A program made the translations under genes and the position numbers. DNA of 62,336 bases, filler included. It is 8 parts of 8 records of this genome, joined end to end, with 100 filler letters (N's around TTAATTAATTAA, not from the genome) between each part and the next. Parts side by side here need not be neighbours in the genome. Positions count along the whole stretch, not along the records: positions 6,194 to 12,313 come from SRR31156797_32867; positions 12,414 to 20,010 come from SRR31156797_32869; 6 more parts are not named here. One strand, 5' to 3'. Numbering within the stretch: the first letter of the stretch is position 1; every line of letters starts with the position of its first letter. Shown here piece after piece: positions 8,751-19,592 of the stretch. A model generated the notes under the pieces. The model was not told the DNA's origin and made no database searches. It saw only the letters and a list, made by a program, of their open reading frames with translations.

Positions 8751-9868
8751 TCCCCCGAGCAAACCCTGTTTTTACCCTGTTGTTTGGCTTTGTACAACAG
8801 CTTATCTGCTCGTTCCAAAAAAACCCTTATTTCATCATTTTGCCTGAGCACCGTCACTCCAAGGCTTGTCGTCACTTTTAACTTCCGGCCTTTCACCGCC
8901 AGGTTGGTCTTGCTCATGGCTTCCCTGATGCGCTCGGCCGCTAAAACAGCTTCGGCCAAATCAGTTTCCGGGCAAATAACCGCAAACTCTTCTCCGCCGA
9001 AACGGGCGGTGAAATCGTATCGCCTGACACTGTTTAGAATCACCCCGGCAGTTTTCTGCAAAAGTCGGTCGCCCACCAGGTGTCCAAAATCATCATTCAC
9101 CGACTTAAAATCATCCAGGTCCAGCATGATCAAGGCCAATGGCGAATTACCGCGCCGCGAACGGTCGGCCTCTTCTTTCAGCCTGCCATTAAAGGCCCGC
9201 CTGTTGTACAAACCGGTGAGCTCATCCTTATGGGTCAGTTCTTCCTGCCGTCTTAATTCATGGTGTAAATCTTCTATGTCCCTGGCCGCATTTTCAAGTT
9301 GATTGACAAAAGAACTTTGCGATTCAATTACATTACCTGTTTTGGATACAATCTCGGCCACGATTTTTTTAACCGACTTCAAATCCGGCGCCTTTTCTAT
9401 ACTGGCGACGTACCTGCCCAGACTGTCCCGATATTCACTGGATCCGGCCATTGAAACCAGCAGCATCTTAACCAGCTCAACCGTCATGGTCTGCAGCCTG
9501 CCGCTGACTTGTTCAACAGTTTTGCTCTTGGCTTCGGACGCCTCATGGCTGAAAAATACGCGGTATAATTTCTCCGTAACCTCCGGTGTAAATTCCTTGC
9601 CCTCGGCCAAAACGTGATTCATGGCTGTTTGAAGATCCAATTTTTCTCCGGAATAGTATTCATACCAAAGACGATAATTGGCCGGAGTAATCGGTATGCC
9701 TTGTTCTATAAGAACCGGCAGTATTTTCCGTGCAATATTATGTGAAATATTAACTAGTTCAACCTTACTATCCGTCACAACTCTATTTTTCCCCTCAAAG
9801 GCTCCCTTCCCTTTTGTAATCTGATCTCTTTCCAGACTTTTCTCATCGGCGCGTTTTCCGTTTTTCAT
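8747..9868 (-). CDS. Diguanylate cyclase (GGDEF domain) with N-terminal coiled coil
   Basis: DELTGLYNRR, DLDDFKSVNDDFGHLVGD, RYDFTARFGGEEF (RxxD I-site plus GGEEF). Confidence 0.92.
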   Translation of the reverse strand: MKNGKRADEKSLERDQITKGKGAFEGKNRVVTDSKVELVNISHNIARKILPVLIEQGIPITPANYRLWYEYYSGEKLDLQTAMNHVLAEGKEFTPEVTEKLYRVFFSHEASEAKSKTVEQVSGRLQTMTVELVKMLLVSMAGSSEYRDSLGRYVASIEKAPDLKSVKKIVAEIVSKTGNVIESQSSFVNQLENAARDIEDLHHELRRQEELTHKDELTGLYNRRAFNGRLKEEADRSRRGNSPLALIMLDLDDFKSVNDDFGHLVGDRLLQKTAGVILNSVRRYDFTARFGGEEFAVICPETDLAEAVLAAERIREAMSKTNLAVKGRKLKVTTSLGVTVLRQNDEIRVFLERADKLLYKAKQQGKNRVCSGE

Positions 9869-10125
9869 AAGGAATTTCCAATCACCCCGTGTTTGGACGC
9901 CCTATTTTCATCAAAGCCTTGACTTATTATCAAATTCAGCAACTGTCGTCGACTGTGTACACGCCTTCCCCATGACCTATTACAAGGCTATCTTAAATAT
10001 AACAAGTGAAAAAACAGTTTTTAAGTAAATTTGTGATTCTCACCGTCCCGGCCCTGCCTATTATAGAAAAAACTAATGACTTTTATAGGTCATTGTGTTA
10101 AATCATCCACCAGAGGGAGGCGCTG

Positions 10126-10731
10126 ATGAAAGAGCTTGATTGTCGGGGTTTGGCTTGTCCCCAACCGGTATTGCAAACAAAGGACGCCCTGGATGAAATC
10201 CGGGTAGGGCAAATAACCGTTATTGTCGACAATGACGCAGCTGTGGGAAATGTCAGCAGGTTTGCGCATTCACAGGGCGCCGAAGTTACAACCGCCGCCC
10301 GCGGAAATGATTTTGTATTGACGATTGCCAAAAAAGGGCAGGATTTAGCCAATACAAACCAGGACCATAAAGCGGAGCAGGTGAAAGCGGAAAAAGCCAG
10401 GCTGGTTGTAAAAATAAGCAGTCAGTATATGGGCGAAGGATCGGAAGAACTGGGCCGGGTTCTTATGCAGGCTTTTCTGAAGACCCTGGCGGAAGCGACC
10501 TTAAAGCCGGAAAGCATTGTATTTTACAATGGCGGGGTTCATCTAACCTGCGAAGGCTCCGATCATTTGGAAAGCATAAAAACCCTGGAAGAAATGGGAA
10601 TCAAAATATATTCATGTGGAACATGTCTTGACTTTTTTAACAAAAAAGAACAACTGGCGGTTGGCGCTGTTTCCAATATGTTTGAAATAGTTGACCTTTT
10701 ATCCGGAGCGGACAGGCTTGTCGAGCCGTAA
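10126..10731 (+). CDS. yedF: Sulfurtransferase-like selenium metabolism protein YedF (TusA-like plus DsrE-like)
   Basis: LDCRGLACPQPV (TusA CPxP); MGEGSEELGRVLM; SCGTCLDFF. Confidence 0.85.
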   Translation: MKELDCRGLACPQPVLQTKDALDEIRVGQITVIVDNDAAVGNVSRFAHSQGAEVTTAARGNDFVLTIAKKGQDLANTNQDHKAEQVKAEKARLVVKISSQYMGEGSEELGRVLMQAFLKTLAEATLKPESIVFYNGGVHLTCEGSDHLESIKTLEEMGIKIYSCGTCLDFFNKKEQLAVGAVSNMFEIVDLLSGADRLVEP

Positions 10732-11881
10732 TCTTTTACCCGAATATATCTACTGCGACCAGGCCGCAACATCCTTTCCCAAGCCCGAAACCGTAAAGCA
10801 AGCGGTTTTAAATACAATGGAATCATCTTCGGCCAGCCCTGGGCGCAGTGCGCACCAAATGGCCCTGGCGGCCGCCCGGACAGTTTTTGAAGCCCGGGAA
10901 ACCGCGGCCGACTTTTTCGGCGCCCCTGATTCTTCACGGATTGCTTTTACCCTGAACGTCACACAGGCCCTCAATATTGCGCTGAACGGTCTCCTGCAAC
11001 CAGGGGATCACGTTCTTACAACATCCATGGAACACAATTCGGTGATGCGCCCCTTGTCAGCCCTGGTTGAAAAAGGCGTCCAGTTGGAAATCGTCCCTTT
11101 GGACGAACTGGGGCTTATTGATCCGGCCGAATTTACATCAAGAATCAGAAGCAATACCAAAATGGCCGTCCTGAATCACGCTTCAAATGTCACGGGCGCC
11201 ATTTGCCCCATTGCGCGGATCAAAAAAGCTGTCGGCGATATTATCGTCCTGGTGGACGCAGCCCAAAGCGCCGGCGCCTTACCGGTGAAAATTGAAGAAA
11301 CCGGCGCGGACATTATAGCTTTTACCGGTCATAAAGGCCTTATGGGGCCCACAGGCACAGGCGGTCTATGGATTCGAACCGGCCTGGACCTGGCCCCACT
11401 GGTCAGGGGAGGAACAGGCAGCAGGTCCGAATTGGAACACCACCCGGACTTCATGCCGGATTTATTGGAAGCGGGAACGCCCAATACCCATGGACTGGCC
11501 GGATTGGCCGCTGGTCTGGAATTTATAATGGAAACCGGCCTGAACCGAATAAGAATGCATGAAGAAAAATTAACAGGATTCTTCCTAAGCGGTTTAGAGA
11601 CCATTAGAGGCATTGAAATACACGGGCCGAAAAACCCCGATCAACGCACGGCCGTCGTCTCCATCAATCTGGCAAATTGGTCCCCCTCGGATTTGGCCCG
11701 GGAACTGGACCGCCGTTACGGGATCATGACCCGCCCCGGTCTGCATTGCGCGCCCAGGGCGCACAAAACCATTGGAACATTTCCCCGTGGAACAGTTCGC
11801 TTTTCTTTCGGCTGGTTCAATACGGAAGAAGAGATCGGCCAGATTATCAAAGCCCTTGAAGAATTGAGCCTTGGCGGATAA
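10718..11881 (+). CDS. PLP-dependent cysteine desulfurase / selenocysteine lyase family (SufS/CsdB type); start uncertain (TTG 10718 or 10691)
   Basis: IYCDQAATSFPKP, MEHNSV, VDAAQSAG, FTGHK (PLP Lys), RPGLHCA (catalytic Cys). Confidence 0.88.
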   Translation: MSSRNLLPEYIYCDQAATSFPKPETVKQAVLNTMESSSASPGRSAHQMALAAARTVFEARETAADFFGAPDSSRIAFTLNVTQALNIALNGLLQPGDHVLTTSMEHNSVMRPLSALVEKGVQLEIVPLDELGLIDPAEFTSRIRSNTKMAVLNHASNVTGAICPIARIKKAVGDIIVLVDAAQSAGALPVKIEETGADIIAFTGHKGLMGPTGTGGLWIRTGLDLAPLVRGGTGSRSELEHHPDFMPDLLEAGTPNTHGLAGLAAGLEFIMETGLNRIRMHEEKLTGFFLSGLETIRGIEIHGPKNPDQRTAVVSINLANWSPSDLARELDRRYGIMTRPGLHCAPRAHKTIGTFPRGTVRFSFGWFNTEEEIGQIIKALEELSLGG

Positions 11882-11938
11882 ATGTATTATAGTCGGCCGG
11901 TCCCAAATCCGAGCAACAGTCATTAGGGCCAGAGAGCA

Positions 11939-12211
11939 ATGAACTCAGATAACAACCGATATATAGTATTAACCCTTCCGTCGATCCATCACGTTCTCAG
12001 GGCTGAAAAACTCCTGAAAAAAACGGCCTTGCCGTTCGAACTTATTCCCGTCCCAAAGGAAGTGAACCCGGATTGCGGAATGGCGGTGCAATTTGAAAAA
12101 GACTATTCCGATGAGATTGTCGGAACATTGCATGATGCCGGGCTTCAAATAGAAAGGGTCTATGAAAGGGAAGGCAGCCGTTTTCTTTTGAAGGATTTAT
12201 CCTTATTGTGA
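11939..12211 (+). CDS. DUF3343 domain protein
   Basis: SIHHVLRAEKLLK...LIPVPKEVNPDCGMAV family pattern; typical neighbour of yedF/csd. Confidence 0.75.
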   Translation: MNSDNNRYIVLTLPSIHHVLRAEKLLKKTALPFELIPVPKEVNPDCGMAVQFEKDYSDEIVGTLHDAGLQIERVYEREGSRFLLKDLSLL

Positions 12212-12313
12212 TTGCACACAGTTGCTCTGCATTTACGCAGCTTGGCAACCATCAGGGACAGAATCAAAGACAGTTGACAGAATAAGCAATTAAATTGTTG
12301 GGTTACGCTGCGC

Positions 12314-12413
12314 NNNNNNNNNNNNNNNNNNNNNNNNNNNNNNNNNNNNNNNNNNNNTTAATTAATTAANNNNNNNNNNNNNNNNNNNNNNNNNNNNNNN
12401 NNNNNNNNNNNNN
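12314..12413. other. Artificial contig spacer
   Basis: N run with TTAATTAATTAA. Confidence 0.98.
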
Positions 12414-12608
12414 GCAGAGGTACGTATGGGTAAAGGTAAGGGTAGTCCTGAAGGATTTGTAGCTCCTGTTACTCCAGGAAGAATCATTATTGAATGTGAA
12501 GGAGTACCATACGAAACAGCAAAAGAAGCATTGCGTTTAGCAGCTCAAAAATTGCCTGTTACTACTAAATTCGTTGTAAGACGAGACTATGTTGAATCTA
12601 AAAATTAA
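12414..12608 (+). CDS. rplP: 50S ribosomal protein L16 (5' truncated)
   Basis: EVRMGKGKG...[10 protein letters not shown]. Confidence 0.95.
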   Translation, partial: AEVRMGKGKGSPEGFVAPVTPGRIIIECEGVPYETAKEALRLAAQKLPVTTKFVVRRDYVESKN

Positions 12609-12614
12609 GAGTAA

Positions 12615-12812
12615 ATGAAGACTTCGGAAATTAATGAAATGGCGATCAACGAGATCATCGAGAAGATCGATACCGAAAAAGCTGAACTTATTCGTTTAGA
12701 ACTCAATCATAGTATTTCTCCATTGGAAAATCCAATGCAGATTAGAGACTTACGTAGAAACATTGCACGATTGCAAACTATTTTGCGTCAAAAGCAATTA
12801 ACCGAAAAATAG
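12615..12812 (+). CDS. rpmC: 50S ribosomal protein L29
   Basis: [19 protein letters not shown]; operon position. Confidence 0.95.
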   Translation: MKTSEINEMAINEIIEKIDTEKAELIRLELNHSISPLENPMQIRDLRRNIARLQTILRQKQLTEK

Positions 12813-12819
12813 TTTAGTA

Positions 12820-13077
12820 ATGGAAAATAGAAACTTAAGAAAAGAACGTATCGGTATCGTTGCAAGCAGCAAAATGGATAAGTCTATCGTGGTTGCTGTT
12901 GAAACTCGTGAGAAACACCCTATTTACGGTAAGTTCGTGAAAAAGACAAAGAAATTTCACGCTCACGACGAGAAGAATGACTGCAACGCTGGAGATACAG
13001 TGAAAATTATGGAAACTCGCCCGTTGAGTAAAACAAAACGTTGGCGATTAGTAGAAATTATCGAAAGAGCTAAGTAA
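12820..13077 (+). CDS. rpsQ: 30S ribosomal protein S17
   Basis: KMDKSIVV...HPIYGK...[11 protein letters not shown]. Confidence 0.97.
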   Translation: MENRNLRKERIGIVASSKMDKSIVVAVETREKHPIYGKFVKKTKKFHAHDEKNDCNAGDTVKIMETRPLSKTKRWRLVEIIERAK

Positions 13078-13079
13078 TC

Positions 13080-13445
13080 ATGATACAACAAGAATCCAGA
13101 TTGGCTGTTGCCGATAATAGTGGTGCCAAGGAAGTACTCTGCATCAGAGTACTTGGCGGTACTAAAAAAAGATACGCTAGCATAGGTGATCGTATTGTAG
13201 TAACTGTAAAAAGTGCCATTCCTTCAACTGAAATGAAGAAAGGTACAGTTACTAAGGCAGTAGTTGTTCGTACAAAAAAAGAGATCAGAAGAGCCGACGG
13301 ATCATATATCCGTTTTGATGAAAACGCATGTGTGTTGCTTAACCAGGCAGGTGAAATGCGTGGTAGCCGTATCTTTGGCCCAGTTGCCAGAGAATTACGT
13401 GATGGATACATGAGAATTGTTTCATTGGCTCCTGAGGTGCTATAA
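13080..13445 (+). CDS. rplN: 50S ribosomal protein L14
   Basis: [17 protein letters not shown]...SLAPEVL. Confidence 0.97.
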   Translation: MIQQESRLAVADNSGAKEVLCIRVLGGTKKRYASIGDRIVVTVKSAIPSTEMKKGTVTKAVVVRTKKEIRRADGSYIRFDENACVLLNQAGEMRGSRIFGPVARELRDGYMRIVSLAPEVL

Positions 13446-13463
13446 ATTTTTAAAAAGATAGCA

Positions 13464-13784
13464 ATGGGAAAGTTACATATTAAAAAAGGCGATACAGTTA
13501 TCGTAAACGCCGGAGAATATAAAGGACAAGAAGGGAAAGTTCTAGAAGTTCTTGTAAGCAAGAATAGAGCTATCGTGGAAGGCATTAACATGGTTTCAAA
13601 ACATGCTAAGCCAAATGCTGATAACCCACAGGGTGGTATCATTAAGCAAGAGGCTCCTATCCACATCTCTAACTTAAACCTTAAAGATCCTTCAACCGGA
13701 GAAGCAACTCGTATCGGTCGTCGTAAAAACGATGAAGGTAAATTAGTAAGGTTTGCTAAAAAATCAGGGGAGGAGATCAAGTAA
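13464..13784 (+). CDS. rplX: 50S ribosomal protein L24
   Basis: IKKGDTV KOW motif; EAPIHISN. Confidence 0.96.
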   Translation: MGKLHIKKGDTVIVNAGEYKGQEGKVLEVLVSKNRAIVEGINMVSKHAKPNADNPQGGIIKQEAPIHISNLNLKDPSTGEATRIGRRKNDEGKLVRFAKKSGEEIK

Positions 13785-14341
13785 TGAGCTATACACCTAG
13801 TTTAAAAACAATGTATAAGGAACAAGTTGTTCCTGCATTGATGAAGGAATTTGAATACAAATCAGTAATGCAAGTTCCAAAATTAGAGAAAATTGTAATT
13901 AACCAGGGAATCGGTCAAGCTGTGGCCGATAAAAAAATGGTTGATATTGCAATTAAAGAGCTTACTACCATCACAGGTCAAAAAGCTGTTCCTTGTCTTT
14001 CTAAAAAGGATGTTTCTAACTTTAAATTACGTAAAAAAATGCCTATTGGTGTTCGCGTAACTTTAAGACAAGACAACATGTATGAGTTCTTAGAAAGATT
14101 AATTCGTGTGTCATTACCAAGTATTCGCGACTTTAAAGGAATCAACAGTAAGCTTGATGGACGTGGAAACTATACCTTAGGTATTGAGGAACAAATTATT
14201 TTTCCCGAAATAAATATTGACGATGTTAATAAGATTTTGGGTATGAATATTACCTTTGTGACCTCAGGAAAAACTGATGAGGAAGCTTTTGCTTTATTAA
14301 AAGCATTTGGTTTACCATTTAAAAACGCAAAAAAGAATTAA
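13784..14341 (+). CDS. rplE: 50S ribosomal protein L5
   Basis: [10 protein letters not shown]...[10 protein letters not shown]. Confidence 0.97.
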   Translation: MSYTPSLKTMYKEQVVPALMKEFEYKSVMQVPKLEKIVINQGIGQAVADKKMVDIAIKELTTITGQKAVPCLSKKDVSNFKLRKKMPIGVRVTLRQDNMYEFLERLIRVSLPSIRDFKGINSKLDGRGNYTLGIEEQIIFPEINIDDVNKILGMNITFVTSGKTDEEAFALLKAFGLPFKNAKKN

Positions 14342-14342
14342 T

Positions 14343-14612
14343 ATGGCCAAGGAATCAATGAAGGCTCGTGAAGTAAAAAGAGCCAAGCTTGTTGCCAAAT
14401 ATGCTGCAAAAAGAGCGGCACTGAAAGAGGCTGGAGACTACGAGGGACTTCAAAAGTTGCCTAAGAATGCTTCACCTGTTCGTATGCACAATCGTTGCAA
14501 GATCACTGGTCGTCCAAAAGGTTATATGAGACAATTTGGACTTTCCAGAATTCAGTTCCGTGAAATGGCAGCTGCAGGTTTAATACCTGGAGTTAAAAAA
14601 GCCAGTTGGTAA
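14343..14612 (+). CDS. rpsN: 30S ribosomal protein S14 (89 aa, non-zinc type)
   Basis: [10 protein letters not shown]...RCKITGRP...GVKKASW; ATG at 14343. Confidence 0.96.
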   Translation: MAKESMKAREVKRAKLVAKYAAKRAALKEAGDYEGLQKLPKNASPVRMHNRCKITGRPKGYMRQFGLSRIQFREMAAAGLIPGVKKASW

Positions 14613-14672
14613 AAAATTAGGTTTCAAGTATAAATATTGTCCCGTTAACGGGATTAATTTAAACTTTTTAAA

Positions 14673-15068
14673 ATGACAGATCCAATAGCAGATTTTCTGA
14701 CTAGAATCAGAAATGCCATTATGGCAAAACACAAGGTTGTTGAAATCCCTGCTTCAAACTTAAAAAAGGAAATGACTAAAGTTCTTTATGACAAAGGTTA
14801 TATCCTAAACTTTAAGTTTGTAGATGACAACAAACAAGGGATTATTAAAATTGCATTGAAGTATAATGCAGAGTCTAAAACTTCAGCAATTAAAACTCTT
14901 AAGCGTATTAGTACACCAGGTTTACGTAGATATGCAGGCTATAAAAATATGCCAAGAGTATTAAATGGATTAGGTATTGCCATCCTTTCTACTTCTAAAG
15001 GTGTTATGACCGATAAAGAAGCAAGACAAGCTCAAGTAGGTGGTGAGGTTTTATGTTACGTTTATTAA
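14673..15068 (+). CDS. rpsH: 30S ribosomal protein S8
   Basis: [15 protein letters not shown]...GGEVLCYVY. Confidence 0.97.
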   Translation: MTDPIADFLTRIRNAIMAKHKVVEIPASNLKKEMTKVLYDKGYILNFKFVDDNKQGIIKIALKYNAESKTSAIKTLKRISTPGLRRYAGYKNMPRVLNGLGIAILSTSKGVMTDKEARQAQVGGEVLCYVY

Positions 15069-15084
15069 TTAAGGAGGAATTATT

Positions 15085-15636
15085 ATGTCTAGGATAGGAA
15101 AACAACCCATCGAGATACCAGCCGGCGTTACAGTAACATTAAAAGAAAACCTTGTAACTGTAAAAGGGCCAAAAGGAGAACTTACGCAAGAAGTAAATCC
15201 AGAAATGACTGTAGAGCAGAATGATGGAGTTATTGAAGTGAAAAGACCTTCAGACTCAAAACCACATCGTGCAATGCACGGGTTATATCGTTCTTTAATT
15301 AATAATATGGTTGAAGGAGTTTCTAAAGGTTATGTACAAAAATTAGAATTGGTTGGTGTAGGTTACAGAGCTACAAACGCTGGTCAAATTCTAGAACTAG
15401 CTTTAGGATTCTCTCACCCAATTCATATGCAGTTGCCTGCTGAAATTAAAGTAGAAGCTGTAACCGACAGAAAGAGTAATCCGATTATTACATTAGAATC
15501 TGCAGATAAACAGTTGTTAGGTCAGGTTTGTGCTAAAATCCGTTCGTTACGTAAGCCAGAGCCTTATAAAGGTAAAGGTGTTAAGTTTGTAGGAGAGCAA
15601 ATCAGACGTAAAGCTGGTAAATCTGCTAAAGTTTAA
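15085..15636 (+). CDS. rplF: 50S ribosomal protein L6
   Basis: MSRIGKQP...PEPYKGKG. Confidence 0.97.
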   Translation: MSRIGKQPIEIPAGVTVTLKENLVTVKGPKGELTQEVNPEMTVEQNDGVIEVKRPSDSKPHRAMHGLYRSLINNMVEGVSKGYVQKLELVGVGYRATNAGQILELALGFSHPIHMQLPAEIKVEAVTDRKSNPIITLESADKQLLGQVCAKIRSLRKPEPYKGKGVKFVGEQIRRKAGKSAKV

Positions 15637-15656
15637 TCTGATTAAAACAAAAAATT

Positions 15657-16013
15657 ATGGCTTTTTCTAAATTAGAAAGAAGACAAAAGATAAAAAGAAG
15701 TATCCGAAGCAAGGTTTTGGGTACTTCAGAGAGGCCAAGAATGTCGGTTTTCAGAAGCAACAAGCAAATTTCAGTTCAGCTTGTAGATGATGCAACCGGT
15801 AAAACATTAGTAGCAGCCTCTTCTCTTGAAAAAGAGATCGCAGCTGAAAAGGTTACTAAATCAGAACAAGCTGCTAAAGTAGGTGCATTAATTGCTTCTA
15901 AAGCTAAAAATGCCGGAATTGAAACTGTAGTATTTGATCGTAATGGATTCTTATACCACGGTAGAGTTAAACAATTAGCCGATGCTGCACGCGAAGCAGG
16001 CCTTAAATTTTAA
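15657..16013 (+). CDS. rplR: 50S ribosomal protein L18
   Basis: [11 protein letters not shown]...[12 protein letters not shown]. Confidence 0.97.
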   Translation: MAFSKLERRQKIKRSIRSKVLGTSERPRMSVFRSNKQISVQLVDDATGKTLVAASSLEKEIAAEKVTKSEQAAKVGALIASKAKNAGIETVVFDRNGFLYHGRVKQLADAAREAGLKF

Positions 16014-16018
16014 TAATT

Positions 16019-16537
16019 ATGGCAGGAGATAATCAAAAAGTAAGAAGTAATAACGATCTTGAATTAAAAGATCGGTTAGTAGCCATTAATCGTGTAACCA
16101 AGGTTACCAAAGGTGGTAGAACTTTTAGTTTTTCTGCTATAGTTGTTGTTGGTAACGAGAATGGCATTGTAGGATGGGGCTTAGGTAAAGCCAACGAAGT
16201 AACAACAGCTATCGCCAAAGGAGTTGAGGCAGCTAAGAAAAACCTTGTTAAAGTGCCAGTACTTAACGGTACTATTCCTCACGAGCAGTATGCTCGTTTT
16301 GGTGGAGCAAGTGTTTTTATGAAGCCAGCTTCTCATGGTACCGGGGTTAAGGCCGGTGGTGCGATGCGTGCTGTACTTGAGAGTGTTGGAGTAACAGACG
16401 TTTTGGCTAAATCAAAAGGTTCTTCTAACCCTCATAACCTTGTAAAAGCTACTATTAACGCTCTTAAAGAATTAAGAGATGCGAATACCGTAGCTGAGCA
16501 TAGAGGTGTTACGTTAGACAAAGTTTTTAACGGATAA
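16019..16537 (+). CDS. rpsE: 30S ribosomal protein S5
   Basis: [16 protein letters not shown]. Confidence 0.97.
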   Translation: MAGDNQKVRSNNDLELKDRLVAINRVTKVTKGGRTFSFSAIVVVGNENGIVGWGLGKANEVTTAIAKGVEAAKKNLVKVPVLNGTIPHEQYARFGGASVFMKPASHGTGVKAGGAMRAVLESVGVTDVLAKSKGSSNPHNLVKATINALKELRDANTVAEHRGVTLDKVFNG

Positions 16538-16548
16538 GAATTTAAAAA

Positions 16549-16725
16549 ATGGCTAAAATTAAAGTAACTCAAGTAAAGAGTAAAATCGGTTCTACAGAGC
16601 GTCAAAAAAGAACTTTGCTTGCTCTTGGGCTAACTAAAATAAATGCAACTAAAGAATTTGAGGCAACCCCTCAAATTCTTGGTATGGTTGATAAGGTGAA
16701 ACACCTGGTTAGTGTAGAAAAATAA
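16549..16725 (+). CDS. rpmD: 50S ribosomal protein L30 (not in ORF track)
   Basis: Manual translation MAKIKVTQVKSKIG...LGMVDKVKHLVSVEK; between rpsE and rplO. Confidence 0.95.
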   Translation: MAKIKVTQVKSKIGSTERQKRTLLALGLTKINATKEFEATPQILGMVDKVKHLVSVEK

Positions 16726-16752
16726 TTGATAACGAATTAAGTAAAATTAGAT

Positions 16753-17199
16753 ATGGACTTAAGTAATTTAAAACCTGCAGAAGGTTCGACCAAAACAAGA
16801 AAAAGAATTGGTCGAGGACAAGGTTCTGGTCGCGGTGGTACATCTACTCGTGGACATAAAGGTGCCAAGTCCAGATCTGGTTATTCTAGAAAAATTGGTT
16901 TCGAAGGGGGTCAGATGCCTTTACAGAGACGTGTTCCTAAATTCGGTTTTAAAAATATTAATCGTGTAGAGTATAAAGCGATTAATATTGATGTACTACA
17001 AGTACTTGCTGAAAAAAAGAACTTAACTGTAATTGACGTTGATACACTTCGTGAAGCTGGTTTTGTAGGTAAGAATGACCGGGTAAAAATTCTTGGTAAC
17101 GGAAATATTACTGCCAAAATTGAAGTGAAAGCTCATGCCTTTTCTAAATCAGCGGTGAGTGCTATTGAAGCTGCTCAAGGTACCGTTGTTAAACTGTAA
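16753..17199 (+). CDS. rplO: 50S ribosomal protein L15
   Basis: RIGRGQGSG...GFEGGQMPLQRRVPKFGF. Confidence 0.97.
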   Translation: MDLSNLKPAEGSTKTRKRIGRGQGSGRGGTSTRGHKGAKSRSGYSRKIGFEGGQMPLQRRVPKFGFKNINRVEYKAINIDVLQVLAEKKNLTVIDVDTLREAGFVGKNDRVKILGNGNITAKIEVKAHAFSKSAVSAIEAAQGTVVKL

Positions 17200-17205
17200 T
17201 TTACA

Positions 17206-18534
17206 ATGAAACTGATCGAAACAATTCGCAACATTTGGAAAATTGAGGATCTTAAATCCCGTATTTTAACTACCATAGGTTTAGTATTAATTTATCGCCT
17301 TGGTTCATTTATCGTATTACCGGGTATTGATCCAACTGAATTAGCTGCTTTAAAGAACCAAACTTCTGAGGGAGTTATGGGACTGTTAGATATGTTCTCT
17401 GGAGGTGCATTCTCTAATGCATCTGTATTTGGACTAGGTATTATGCCTTATATCTCAGCTTCTATCGTTATTCAACTTTTAGGAATCGCAGTTCCTTATT
17501 TTCAAAGACTGCAACGTGAAGGAGAAAGCGGAAGACGTAAGATAAACCAAATAACCAGATATTTAACGGTTATCATCTTGTTGTTTCAATCTCCAGCATA
17601 TTTAGCTAACCTTCCTGCTGAAGCAATTTCTTCTCCAGGATGGATGTTTAAAATTTCATCGATAATCATCTTAACGGCCGGAACAATGTTTGTTATGTGG
17701 CTTGGAGAGAGAATTACCGATAAAGGCATTGGTAACGGTATATCACTAATCATTATGATTGGTATTATTGCCAGATTACCATTTGCAGCAGTAGCTGAAT
17801 TTGTTTCGCGTTTGGAAGAAGGTGGCGGATTAGTGATGTTGTTGATTGAGATCGTGGTTCTTTTCTTTGTATTTGCAGGATCAATTTTGTTAGTGCAGGG
17901 AACACGCCGTATTCCGGTTCAGTATGCTAAGCGTATTGTAGGAAATAAGCAATATGGTGGTGTTCGTCAATACATACCTTTAAAAGTAAATGCAGCAGGG
18001 GTAATGCCAATCATTTTTGCACAGGCTATCATGTTTGTGCCTGTAACGTTGGCTGGTTTTGTAGATAGTGATTCAGCAAATAATTGGGTAACTGCCATGT
18101 TTGCTGATTTTACTGGAGTTGGGTATAATGTTGTATTTGCATTGTTAATTATTGCATTTACTTATTTTTATACTGCCATTACTATCAATCCAACCCAAAT
18201 GGCTGAGGATATGAAAAGAAACGGAGGTTTTATTCCAGGTGTTAAACCGGGTAAGAAAACTGTTGAGTTCTTAGATTCGGTAATGTCGAAAATTACATTA
18301 CCAGGATCTGTATTCTTAGCAATGGTTGCTATTTTACCAGCATTTGCTATGATGGCGAATGTGGATAGAATGTTTGCACAGTTTTATGGTGGAACTTCGT
18401 TATTGATTCTTGTAGGAGTTGTTTTAGATACATTACAACAAATCGAGAGTCATTTATTAATGCGTCATTATGACGGATTGATGAAATCAGGAAGAATTAA
18501 AGGTAGAACTGGCGGTGGACCTGCTGTTTACTAA
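17206..18534 (+). CDS. secY: Preprotein translocase subunit SecY
   Basis: LGIMPYISASI, WLGERIT..GIGNGISL, GGTSLLI; multiple TM segments. Confidence 0.97.
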   Translation: MKLIETIRNIWKIEDLKSRILTTIGLVLIYRLGSFIVLPGIDPTELAALKNQTSEGVMGLLDMFSGGAFSNASVFGLGIMPYISASIVIQLLGIAVPYFQRLQREGESGRRKINQITRYLTVIILLFQSPAYLANLPAEAISSPGWMFKISSIIILTAGTMFVMWLGERITDKGIGNGISLIIMIGIIARLPFAAVAEFVSRLEEGGGLVMLLIEIVVLFFVFAGSILLVQGTRRIPVQYAKRIVGNKQYGGVRQYIPLKVNAAGVMPIIFAQAIMFVPVTLAGFVDSDSANNWVTAMFADFTGVGYNVVFALLIIAFTYFYTAITINPTQMAEDMKRNGGFIPGVKPGKKTVEFLDSVMSKITLPGSVFLAMVAILPAFAMMANVDRMFAQFYGGTSLLILVGVVLDTLQQIESHLLMRHYDGLMKSGRIKGRTGGGPAVY

Positions 18535-18557
18535 TATAAAGTAAGGTCGTTCGTATA

Positions 18558-19343
18558 ATGATATATCTTAAGACAGACGAGGAGATTGAGTTACTTCGAG
18601 AAAGTAACATGTTGGTAGCAAAAGCACTGGGTGAAATAGCCAAAATTATTAAACCAGGTGTTACAACATTAGAGCTAGATAAAATTGCTGAAGAATATAT
18701 TAGAGATAATGGAGGAATCCCTGGGTTTTTAAACTATCAGGGATTTCCCAATACTCTTTGTACTTCTGTTAATGAACAAGTAGTACATGGTATTCCAAAT
18801 AACAAGCCATTGGAAAATGGAGACATCGTTTCGGTGGATTGTGGAGTACTAAAGAATAGTTTTTATGGAGATTCTGCCTATACTTTTGAAGTAGGAGAGG
18901 TAAGTTCTGAAATAAAAGAACTTTTAACTACTACAAAAGAATCGCTTTATAAGGGAATTGAAAATGCTGTTGCCGGAAAGCGATTAGGAGATATAGGTTT
19001 TGCTATTCAAAAGCATTGTGAGGAAAAAGGTTACACAGTTGTACGAGAAATGGTAGGACATGGTGTAGGAAAGAACTTACATGAAGCTCCTGAAGTTCCT
19101 AATTATGGCCGAAAGGGAAATGGTTCAATGTTAAAAGCAGGAATGGTTATAGCGATAGAGCCAATGATTAATTTAGGAAAAAGAAACATTGTTCAGGAAA
19201 GCGATGGATGGACGATAAGAACCATTGATAAAAGGGTTTCAGCCCACTTTGAGCACTCTGTTGCAGTAGGAAAAAATGAAGCTGATATACTTTCTAGTTT
19301 TAAATTTGTAGAAGAAGTATTAAATTTGCAGTCTGAAAATTAA
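18558..19343 (+). CDS. map: Type I methionine aminopeptidase
   Basis: VVHGIP, GHGVG..LHE, IEPM, SAHFEH. Confidence 0.96.
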   Translation: MIYLKTDEEIELLRESNMLVAKALGEIAKIIKPGVTTLELDKIAEEYIRDNGGIPGFLNYQGFPNTLCTSVNEQVVHGIPNNKPLENGDIVSVDCGVLKNSFYGDSAYTFEVGEVSSEIKELLTTTKESLYKGIENAVAGKRLGDIGFAIQKHCEEKGYTVVREMVGHGVGKNLHEAPEVPNYGRKGNGSMLKAGMVIAIEPMINLGKRNIVQESDGWTIRTIDKRVSAHFEHSVAVGKNEADILSSFKFVEEVLNLQSEN

Positions 19344-19358
19344 AATAAAGATAATATT

Positions 19359-19580
19359 ATGGCTAAGCAAGCCTCAATAGAACAAGACGGAACGATTATA
19401 GAAGCCCTTTCAAATGCCATGTTTAGAGTGGAATTAGAAAATGGGCATGTTATTACGGCGCATATCTCAGGTAAGATGAGAATGCACTATATTAAAATTT
19501 TACCAGGTGATAAGGTGAAAGTGGAAATGTCTCCATATGATCTTACTAAAGGTAGAATTTCTTATAGATACAAAAATTAA
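19359..19580 (+). CDS. infA: Translation initiation factor IF-1
   Basis: [20 protein letters not shown]. Confidence 0.97.
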   Translation: MAKQASIEQDGTIIEALSNAMFRVELENGHVITAHISGKMRMHYIKILPGDKVKVEMSPYDLTKGRISYRYKN

Positions 19581-19592
19581 TTCTATATTAAA

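Noticed and set aside
2531..12211. selD and yedF/desulfurase/DUF3343 as one selenium gene cluster (and linkage to the HesB selenoprotein)
   Set aside because: They are on different contigs separated by artificial spacers, so linkage cannot be claimed.
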